Assembly: GCA_041677685.1 (NCBI GenBank)
Contig: JBAYPN010000006.1
Location: 1 to 32,000 of the forward strand
Origin: an archaeon
GTDB lineage: Archaea > Iainarchaeota > Iainarchaeia > Iainarchaeales > CSSED10-239
DNA length: 32,000 bases
Direction of reading: 5' to 3'
The notes beneath the pieces are model-generated. The model had not been told where the DNA came from. It saw nothing but the letters and a program-made list of their open reading frames with translations, and made no database searches. The position numbers were made by a program, and so were the translations under genes. Positions 12,582 to 19,510 of the stretch are shown here, one piece after another (the stretch's first letter is position 1; every line of letters starts with the position of its first letter).

Positions 12582-12659
12582 AGAAATATATAAAAGTGCA
12601 AAGATTATATATATATTTGTAATCTTTATAAAAATTAAATTAATTAAGAGGGAATAACT

Positions 12660-13394
12660 ATGAATGATTTTGGACTTGTTACAGGAGCAACTAGTGGAAT
12701 TGGAATGGAGTATGTTTATGAACTTGCAAAAAGAAAATATAATTTGATTGTTGTTGGGAGAAGGGAAGAGTTGTTAAAATCTCTTAAAAAAGACTTAGAA
12801 AAAAAATATAAAATTAAAGTTGTTTATTTTAAAATAGATTTATCTTTAGAAAAAGATCTAAAAATATTAGAAAATAAGATAAAAAAATATGATATTACTT
12901 TTTTAGTTAATGCTGCTGGCTTTGGTTCAGGTAATTTTTTTACATCAACCCCACTAGACTTTTCTAAGGGTATGGTTAATGTGCATGTTCTTTCTACAGT
13001 CACACTTTGTAAAGTTGTTTTAGAGAAAATGATTCTTAAAAATAAAGGAACAATAATTAATATCTCTTCAATTGCTTCTTACCTTACAGACCCAAAAAGT
13101 TTTGCATTATATAATTCTACAAAATCAGATGTTAGAGTTTTTTCTGTAACTTTACAAAGAGAATTAAAACTTTTAAAAAAGAATATAAAGATACAAGCAC
13201 TTACTCCTGGGCTAGTTAGAACTAACTTTCATATGATGAGAGGGGGAAACACTTATGACAGATATCCTGAGTTTATGTGGATGAATGTAAGAGAAGTTGT
13301 AGGATGTTCTTTTAAATCTTTAAAAAAGAAAAAAGTAATTTGTGTTCCTGGTTTTTTAAATAAGATAATTGTTTTTATATTAAAAATATTTTAG
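12660..13394 (+). CDS. Short-chain dehydrogenase/reductase (SDR) family oxidoreductase
   Basis: Cofactor motif TGATSGIG, NAAG, and catalytic S...YNSTK (YxxxK). 244 aa. Confidence 0.85.
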   Translation: MNDFGLVTGATSGIGMEYVYELAKRKYNLIVVGRREELLKSLKKDLEKKYKIKVVYFKIDLSLEKDLKILENKIKKYDITFLVNAAGFGSGNFFTSTPLDFSKGMVNVHVLSTVTLCKVVLEKMILKNKGTIINISSIASYLTDPKSFALYNSTKSDVRVFSVTLQRELKLLKKNIKIQALTPGLVRTNFHMMRGGNTYDRYPEFMWMNVREVVGCSFKSLKKKKVICVPGFLNKIIVFILKIF

Positions 13395-14572
13395 ATGTAG
13401 AAAAGTAAAGTTGGAAACATAATGTAAGCCATTAACACAACTTTTGGTTTATTAAAGACAATTGGTAGAAAACCAATGGAGATACTTAATAACAATAATG
13501 GAACTGATTTTAGACCAGCAAAGCCTAAAACAATTGCTAAAGAAACAATTAGAATTATTATATTTAATATAAATAAATTAGAAGAGTTTACAAAATCTAT
13601 AATTTTGTCTATAAACAAATATATTAGAAGAACAACTAGACATACACAAACAACAATTATTAAAGAATCATAGAAAAAATTGTAGGCGCTTGGTAATAAA
13701 TTACTATTTTGTAAAATTGCAATATATCCTAACCTTGGTTTAAAAAAATTAATTGCTAAGTATATGGAGAAAATAAAAGCACTTATACTTATACTTGAAT
13801 AAAGAACTATATATTCATTGTTCTTTAATTTCTTTAAAAACTTGTTAACAATTGTTCCTGCTTGAGAAGAACTAAAGGAAGGAATTAAAATTATAAACAA
13901 GGCAGAAAGACTACCTACAAAAGAATAAAATAAAGATCTTTTTGGGAAACTTCTAACAGATTTTGATTGCTTTACAAAACTTTCTTTGTTAAACAAAGAC
14001 ATTATTAATATTGGAAAAGCAAACAACCCTGACACACAAACAATCAATGGGTCTTTAAAAAAGAAATTATATTTTAAAGTAAAAATCCCAAGAGTGCCAG
14101 AAACACAGATTATAAAAAACATAATGGCTCTTGACCTTAAAGTTTTTTCTTGAAAAATAAATAATAATAAAACTATTAATATTGCTAAAGCTATAAACCA
14201 ATAAATTTGGAAGAAAAAAGAAAAAAGAAGAAACAAGAAAGGTAAAAAAACAACTGAAAAGATTGCTCCGAAAAAAGAACCAACCAAGCATAAAAAAATA
14301 CCAGTTTTACTTTCTCCTTTTTGAAAAAACTTCAAAAGAGGAAAGATGTGCATAATTGTTGATTCGGTCGGAATCCCAAATAAAGCTGTTGGGATATAGC
14401 TTGTTATTAAGTGAGACAAACCAATACACAAAAACAAAACAAAATGATCATGAAACACAGTAAAAAAAGAAGTTAGTAAAAAAACATAACCTAAAACATT
14501 AACATGTAAATTTGGAATTAATCCAAAAATAAAACCAATTGCAATTCCTAAAATTATATCTACAAAAATCAT
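13391..14572 (-). CDS. Polytopic membrane protein, TctA/DUF112-family-like permease
   Basis: 393 aa and almost entirely hydrophobic helices. GFIFGLIPNLHVNVLG and IPTALFGIPTESTIMHIFPLLKFFQKGESKTG resemble the two conserved PG-loop motifs of the TctA family. The start overlaps the upstream gene's stop in ATGA (14569-14572). Confidence 0.5.
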   Translation of the reverse strand: MIFVDIILGIAIGFIFGLIPNLHVNVLGYVFLLTSFFTVFHDHFVLFLCIGLSHLITSYIPTALFGIPTESTIMHIFPLLKFFQKGESKTGIFLCLVGSFFGAIFSVVFLPFLFLLFSFFFQIYWFIALAILIVLLLFIFQEKTLRSRAIMFFIICVSGTLGIFTLKYNFFFKDPLIVCVSGLFAFPILIMSLFNKESFVKQSKSVRSFPKRSLFYSFVGSLSALFIILIPSFSSSQAGTIVNKFLKKLKNNEYIVLYSSISISAFIFSIYLAINFFKPRLGYIAILQNSNLLPSAYNFFYDSLIIVVCVCLVVLLIYLFIDKIIDFVNSSNLFILNIIILIVSLAIVLGFAGLKSVPLLLLSISIGFLPIVFNKPKVVLMAYIMFPTLLFYI

Positions 14573-14937
14573 GTTTTTTCAAAATTGTAAACTATCAACT
14601 CAGGTTCAGAATTGTAAATTGTGTATTTTCCTTTCAGACAAATTTTTTCATAATTTAAATAATTTGAATTTAAAGTTGTATATTCTTTTTTAGAAATACT
14701 AAATATTACTGCATCTAAACAAACTGATCTATCACAGATTTTAAAAAACAAATTATTATTTTTTAATTCTAATTGTTTTAAATTCCCACAAACAATAACC
14801 ACTTTTTCTAAAGACTCAGAATTGTCTTTAGTTAGATCTAAGGTCTTAGAAACATATGTCTTTGAAAATAAAATTAAAAGCAAGATACCAATTATTGATA
14901 CAAAAATAACTAATCTTTTAAAAAATAAGCTATTCAT
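14569..14937 (-). CDS. N-terminally membrane-anchored OB-fold-like protein
   Basis: 122 aa. The single N-terminal TM or signal anchor (KRLVIFVSIIGILLLILF) is followed by VVIVCGNLKQLELKNNNLFFKICDRSVCLDAVIF...ICLKGKYTIYNSEPELIV, the alternating pattern of tRNA_anti-type OB folds. ATGA overlaps occur at both ends (14934-14937, 14569-14572). Confidence 0.45.
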   Translation of the reverse strand: MNSLFFKRLVIFVSIIGILLLILFSKTYVSKTLDLTKDNSESLEKVVIVCGNLKQLELKNNNLFFKICDRSVCLDAVIFSISKKEYTTLNSNYLNYEKICLKGKYTIYNSEPELIVYNFEKT

Positions 14938-15437
14938 TCTTTATCAAGCTTTACTTCCTTAATTATTTTTATTGGTTTTTTATTTATTGGAAACTTACTT
15001 AACTCCAATAACACTAAAGCATCTTTTTTATATTTTCTTCTAGTCTTAATGTCATAGATTTTTTTAGACTTATAAAAAGAGTCTGTGATCTTTACTTGAA
15101 CAGATGTTGTCTTACTTGAGACTACAACTCCATAAGTAATATTAAATAAAACTTTATATAAGTAAAAGTAAATTACAACTAAACAAATAAACACCATAAC
15201 AAAATAGATGTTATTTACGTAACCTAAGATTATGAATAATACTAAAATTGAACATAACCCATAACCTATATAATTATACTTTGGTAAAATTAGATTATAT
15301 TCTTCTTTTTCTTTAATAACAAATAGATACAATAAGACTACAAATAATATTTTTAAAAACAAATAACCTGGCAATAATAAATTAACAATTACTCCAAATA
15401 AAAAAATTAATTCTAAATATAATAAATGCTTGTCCAT
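14934..15437 (-). CDS. Membrane protein (3-4 TM) with short basic beta-rich C-terminal domain
   Basis: 167-aa ORF starting 16 nt after the preceding pilin-like gene. The hydrophobic N-terminal two-thirds are followed by GVVVSSKTTSVQVKITDSFYKSKKIYDIK... I cannot confidently assign a family. Confidence 0.5.
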   Translation of the reverse strand: MDKHLLYLELIFLFGVIVNLLLPGYLFLKILFVVLLYLFVIKEKEEYNLILPKYNYIGYGLCSILVLFIILGYVNNIYFVMVFICLVVIYFYLYKVLFNITYGVVVSSKTTSVQVKITDSFYKSKKIYDIKTRRKYKKDALVLLELSKFPINKKPIKIIKEVKLDKE

Positions 15438-15453
15438 AATATACTTTCCTTTT

Positions 15454-15807
15454 TTAATTTAAATATGAGATGTTAACTATTGTTTCATCAAACTTAGTAA
15501 CTTTGTTTATTTTGTCAATAACATCTGTATAGTTAGATTCGTCTATTAGTTCCTCTGTTGTGTTAATCTTTTGTAGATAGACATCAAAGGTAATTTTTTT
15601 GTCTTCTGTTATGTAATTTATTTTCTGTATAACAAAGGAATTGTCTGAAAGACTTATTAACTCTAAAGTTCTATTTTTTATTTTTGAAATTCCAACATTA
15701 ACATCAAAAGTAATGTATAGAGAAGAGATGTAAGCTAAAGATAATATAAAAACAACTGCAAGAATTATTAAAAATTCTACACTAGTTTGCCCTTTATACG
15801 AAAACAT
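15454..15807 (-). CDS. Class III signal peptide (archaeal type IV pilin-like) protein
   Basis: N-terminus MFSYKG/QTSVEFLIILAVVFILSLAYI. This is basic-Gly, then Gln at +1 and Glu at +5, followed by a hydrophobic helix. It overlaps the upstream gene by 14 nt. Confidence 0.7.
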   Translation of the reverse strand: MFSYKGQTSVEFLIILAVVFILSLAYISSLYITFDVNVGISKIKNRTLELISLSDNSFVIQKINYITEDKKITFDVYLQKINTTEELIDESNYTDVIDKINKVTKFDETIVNISYLN

Positions 15808-16273
15808 CTATATCTCCTGTTGTTTCATTTTTTTCAATAGTTATGTAACCACCAAAGCCAGGACCAATTGAATCACAAGAGATGTTGGAATCTCCAATGT
15901 ACAATATTTTTTCAAAAGTACAAATGCTTGTGTCATTATCACAATTTGCTATTGCAGGTTTTGGGTTCTGGCTAGAAATCATAACCTCATAAGTTATTTT
16001 TTTTGTAGTTGAGTCACAACCAACAATCTTTGAAGTTACTGGTAAATAAAAATAAACTGTTCTTTTCCCAAAACCTGAACTGTTTGAAAAACCTGTAATG
16101 TTATCAGCTAAAAGATCAATGTTTTCTTTAGTCTGAGTTAAATTAAAAACATCAGTAACTACGTTTTCTGAAAATTGAGTTGAGGGCAGTAATATTGATT
16201 GAAAAAATAATAAAAAAATAGCTATAAAAATTATATACTCAATTGCAATCTGTGCTCTTTTATTTCTAATCAT
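15794..16273 (-). CDS. Class III signal peptide (pilin-like) protein, Cys- and N-x-S/T-rich globular domain
   Basis: N-terminus MIRNKRA/QIAIEYIIFIAIFLLFF. Four Cys and six N-x-S/T sequons (NLT, NIT, NSS, NDT, NIS, NET). Starts 6 nt after the peptidase stop. Confidence 0.7.
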   Translation of the reverse strand: MIRNKRAQIAIEYIIFIAIFLLFFQSILLPSTQFSENVVTDVFNLTQTKENIDLLADNITGFSNSSGFGKRTVYFYLPVTSKIVGCDSTTKKITYEVMISSQNPKPAIANCDNDTSICTFEKILYIGDSNISCDSIGPGFGGYITIEKNETTGDIDVFV

Positions 16274-16279
16274 ATGTTA

Positions 16280-17401
16280 TCACAAAATAATCCAAATTAT
16301 GTCTCCAAAAATATTTAATAAAATAAAACCTATTAGTATTGAAGGTGTGAAGGGAAGAGACTTTTTAATTCTAATTGTCCTTCCCACTAAATTATTATTA
16401 TATGATTCTTTTAAAAATACTATGTCTTTGTTGGTAACTCCTTTTGCATACCTTGAATCAACTATTAACTTTAAATCTTTAGAAGAATTGAATATTTCTT
16501 TGATTGTTTGGAAGAAATTAAGATGTTTGTAGATTACTTTTTTGTTTTTTAAATAGTAATTGTAATATAGAATATCTCCTTCTTTTAGGTCTGAGAGATT
16601 GATGTACTTACTAAAGATGTCTTCTCTAATAACCTTGTAGACAATCATTAACAGAAGAATAATAATAATTGAAACAAGAATTGAAATAAAGTTTGAAATA
16701 AAAAAAACATTTTTTACAAAAAAAGAATAACCACTAAGCAAGAGATAACAAACACCTAAAAAAATGTAAAAATAACTAATAGAGTAATCCTTTACTTTAT
16801 TAAAAAGAAGGAACAGAACAATTGAAAGAATAAAGATTAAAAGATAAGGGGTGTTTAGGTTAAAGATATTTAAAAAACTTGTAATTAGAAATAACATTAG
16901 GGTTGTGTAAATTATATTTTTAAAATTGCTCTTTGTAAAAAACATATCCTTGATTAAAAGATATTTTCTTTTAAAGAATATATGGAAAAAAGAAATTAAA
17001 ATTAATAGTGGGGCAATTGATAAAACACTTGCAATAAATAAAGTTAAAGAGAAGATAGGTTTAGTAATTATTTCAAAACCTATAAACTGACCAATGTAGT
17101 TTGGGTTGATTGGGGCAAGAGCAGAGATTGCAACAAGTAGTTTAAAATCTCCACCTGCAAAGATACCAAGTTCCCAAAAGATATAAAAGATAACAAAAGA
17201 AATTGTGATTGCTAATAAACTAGTTAAGATAAATTTAAATGAATTAAAATAAATTGATTTGAAAATGTTTGTAAAAAGCCCAATTGCAAATAAAATAAAA
17301 ATTAGAAAGTTAGGAACAATTCTTTCTTTTATATCATAAATTGAGGCAACTATTAAAAACACTAAAATTATTAAAAAAGAAAAAATTGTAAAATCAAACA
17401 T
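16280..17401 (-). CDS. A24-family prepilin/preflagellin peptidase, enlarged (EppA/FlaK-like)
   Basis: The two catalytic Asp contexts are IYDIKERIVPN (first TM region) and FAGGDFKLLVAI (the GxGDxKL-type motif). 373 aa with extra TM helices and a ~90-aa soluble segment before the last TM. Confidence 0.8.
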   Translation of the reverse strand: MFDFTIFSFLIILVFLIVASIYDIKERIVPNFLIFILFAIGLFTNIFKSIYFNSFKFILTSLLAITISFVIFYIFWELGIFAGGDFKLLVAISALAPINPNYIGQFIGFEIITKPIFSLTLFIASVLSIAPLLILISFFHIFFKRKYLLIKDMFFTKSNFKNIIYTTLMLFLITSFLNIFNLNTPYLLIFILSIVLFLLFNKVKDYSISYFYIFLGVCYLLLSGYSFFVKNVFFISNFISILVSIIIILLLMIVYKVIREDIFSKYINLSDLKEGDILYYNYYLKNKKVIYKHLNFFQTIKEIFNSSKDLKLIVDSRYAKGVTNKDIVFLKESYNNNLVGRTIRIKKSLPFTPSILIGFILLNIFGDIIWIIL

Positions 17402-17425
17402 ACATAGTCATATAGAAAATAATTT

Positions 17426-17623
17426 TTAAACTAAAGTTGAAAGAATATTATCTCTGTAGGTTAGTATTTTTGCTTTTGCAACAGTAATAAAACTATTTAA
17501 ATTAATAATAACTATGCCTGTTGTAATAACAAGCATCATTCCAAAGATAATCATGATTAGGTATTCTACAGAGATTTGTGCTTTATTATCATTTAAAATG
17601 TTTTTTAATTTTTTTGTAAGCAT
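17426..17623 (-). CDS. Mini pilin (class III signal peptide, Flp-like size)
   Basis: 65 aa: MLTKKLKNILNDNKA/QISVEYLIMIIFGMMLVITTGIVII plus a ~25-aa tail. Lies 24 nt upstream of the peptidase gene. Confidence 0.7.
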   Translation of the reverse strand: MLTKKLKNILNDNKAQISVEYLIMIIFGMMLVITTGIVIINLNSFITVAKAKILTYRDNILSTLV

Positions 17624-17696
17624 TTTTATCTAGTCTCTTGGTTTTATTTTTGATTTTTTGATTTTGATTCTAACTTTAATTTAATTTTAATTTAAT

Positions 17697-18164
17697 CTAT
17701 TGAACTGTACAGTTAAAGGATGGTGTTGAAGGTCTTGATTGAGAATCATTTTTATAAGCAATAACTGAGATTTTGTGTTTTGTGCCTGCATTTACTTCAG
17801 CATTAAAAGTGTGTTCTATTTTTCCTGAGGAATAGTCTAAAAATGTAGTGGCAGTATTTGGTATTAGTACATCATTATCCATTTTTATTCTGTAACCTTT
17901 TACACGTGGGTCAGAAGCTGGGTTCATGTAAACTATAATTTTACTTGTTTGACAAGAAACAGAAGTAACAATTGGAGGGGTGATCGTGTTGTCAATCATC
18001 ATAGCAAACTCATTTTGAGAATCTATTGCACTTTCATTATTTGATTTTCCAATAGAGAGAATCAAAGTAACAACAATAACAGCAATAACTAATGCCCCAC
18101 CGATAATAAGAAGATACTCTAAAGCACCTTGTCCTTTTCTCTTTTTATTAAAATTTTCAAACAT
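17697..18164 (-). CDS. Archaeal type IV pilin with globular C-terminal domain (paralogue A)
   Basis: MFENFNKKRKG/QGALEYLLIIGGALVIAVIVVTLILS, then a beta-rich domain with two Cys (SVSCQTS, FNCTVQ). AGGT lies upstream of the ATG. Confidence 0.8.
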   Translation of the reverse strand: MFENFNKKRKGQGALEYLLIIGGALVIAVIVVTLILSIGKSNNESAIDSQNEFAMMIDNTITPPIVTSVSCQTSKIIVYMNPASDPRVKGYRIKMDNDVLIPNTATTFLDYSSGKIEHTFNAEVNAGTKHKISVIAYKNDSQSRPSTPSFNCTVQ

Positions 18165-18260
18165 ATTTTTACCTTTAGCTTAATAATAATTAGATATTAT
18201 ATTTTATATATAGAAGAATATATTTATAAAGATATTCATAACTGTAAAATAAATATTTTA

Positions 18261-18318
18261 AAAAAATATAAAAAAAAGAAAAAGAAAAAAAAATAATTAA
18301 TTTTTAAATTAATTATTT
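18261..18318 (-). terminator. AT-only perfect 13-bp inverted repeat overlapping the pilin stop codon, followed by long T-runs in minus sense
   Basis: AAATAATTAATTT-TT-AAATTAATTATTT at 18291-18318. Downstream in minus sense, 18261-18290 reads as oligo-T tracts, the usual archaeal termination signal. Confidence 0.3.
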
Positions 18319-18832
18319 AATTTGACCAACTAAACAAGTATCTTGATGAAGTTACAGTTTGGTTGTTTTTAGAAGTTTTTATATACATATGATATGTATT
18401 ACCACATAAATCACTTGCAGCTAAGTCAATAGTTGCAGTCAAACCTGAAAATGCATTTGGATCTATATCACTTACTGTTAAAGGATTACCACCATTATCT
18501 GTTAATCCAACAATATTCATAGCTGTTCCAGAAGAATCTTCAATTATTAATGCATGACTTCCACCTTCACCCATTGGTCTCCAAGAAAATTGTATATTTG
18601 TGTTACCAGGTGGTGTACAATCAGATCTTTTTGCTACAACTGAAACAATTTGAGCTGGTTGAGGTACATCTAATGCAGCTTGAGCTTTGTCTGCTTGAGT
18701 AGAAGCTGTATCTCTTGATTGGCCACCCATACCTACAAGTAATGCAATTACAATTACTGCAATTAAAACTGCACCACCAATTAACAAAAGGTACTCTAAG
18801 GCACCCTGTCCTTTTCTATTTTTTTTAAACAT
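18317..18832 (-). CDS. Archaeal type IV pilin with globular C-terminal domain (paralogue B; major pilin candidate)
   Basis: MFKKNRKG/QGALEYLLLIGGAVLIAVIVIALLVG. GGTGA lies 8 nt upstream of the ATG. Gly/Ala/Thr/Ser-rich and visibly less AT-rich than neighbours. Two Cys (RSDCTPP, SDLCGNT). Confidence 0.8.
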   Translation of the reverse strand: MFKKNRKGQGALEYLLLIGGAVLIAVIVIALLVGMGGQSRDTASTQADKAQAALDVPQPAQIVSVVAKRSDCTPPGNTNIQFSWRPMGEGGSHALIIEDSSGTAMNIVGLTDNGGNPLTVSDIDPNAFSGLTATIDLAASDLCGNTYHMYIKTSKNNQTVTSSRYLFSWSN

Positions 18833-19065
18833 ATAATTTCACCTTTTTTATTTATATAAACATTCTTTGTTCATTAAGATCAATAATTTATTTTGTGAAA
18901 TTATATTTTTTTGTTAAAAATATTAAATATAATATCACACAAAACTATTTTATCTATTCAAAATATTATAACATTGTCTTTATATAGTTTTCTATTTTGA
19001 AAAACTAAGCCCCTTTTTTAATAATCAAACAAACATTAATTTATTTTTAAAAAATAATGTTCAAT

Positions 19066-19284
19066 TTATGATAGTGCATGATCTTGGATTGTTGTTACGT
19101 CTGCAACTTTCTTTGCAGAAGCTTGCTTTAAATATAGACCAACTAATAAAGCTACAAGAATAACCACACCTAAAATAACTAAAAACTCTAAGGACAGTTG
19201 TGCTTTATTGTCTTCTTGTAAAAGGCTTTTCTTCACATTTAATTTTTTTAAAAAAATATTTAATTTCTTTTTTTTATAAATCAT
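19066..19284 (-). CDS. Mini pilin (class III signal peptide, Flp-like size)
   Basis: ...EDNKA/QLSLEFLVILGVVILVALLVGLYL plus a ~20-aa tail. The ATG at 19284 gives an unusually long 27-aa leader. An in-frame GTG at 19236 would give MKKSLLQEDNKA/Q, so the start is uncertain. Confidence 0.65.
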   Translation of the reverse strand: MIYKKKKLNIFLKKLNVKKSLLQEDNKAQLSLEFLVILGVVILVALLVGLYLKQASAKKVADVTTIQDHALS

Positions 19285-19323
19285 ATCTTATCAAATTTTT
19301 AATTTTTATTTCTCTTTCCAAAA

Positions 19324-19414
19324 ATTACTTCTCTTATTTTTTATCAAAACATTACTTCTCTTATTTTTTATCAAAACATTACTTCTCTTATTTTTTATCA
19401 AAACATTATTTCTC
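19324..19414. repeat. 27-bp head-to-tail tandem repeat, 3 perfect copies plus a degenerate fourth
   Basis: attacttctcttattttttatcaaaac at 19324-19350, 19351-19377 and 19378-19404, then attatttctc... Degenerate similarity extends on both flanks. It lies between the platform gene stop (19511) and the first pilin start (19284). Confidence 0.95.
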
Positions 19415-19510
19415 AAAAAAAATTTAAAAATAATTATCTTCAAAATCTTTTCAAACCTTTACTTTTTTAACACACTATAACATCATGTTAGTTAAAACCA
19501 AATATTTCCT

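Noticed and set aside
13391-14572. ComEC-like DNA channel
   Set aside because: I considered it because an OB-fold gene precedes it. However, the sequence shows TctA/DUF112-like PG-loop motifs rather than anything I recognise as a ComEC competence domain, and there is no metallo-beta-lactamase domain. The uptake idea is kept only as a hypothesis.
19324-19414. Possible CRISPR array
   Set aside because: The repeats are directly head-to-tail with no spacers, there are only 3-4 copies, and no cas genes lie nearby.
19200-19427. 75-aa plus-strand ORF with (SKHYFSYFL)n
   Set aside because: It is created by the 27-bp (9-codon) tandem repeat staying open in one frame. It overlaps the pilin gene start antisense and has no start context.
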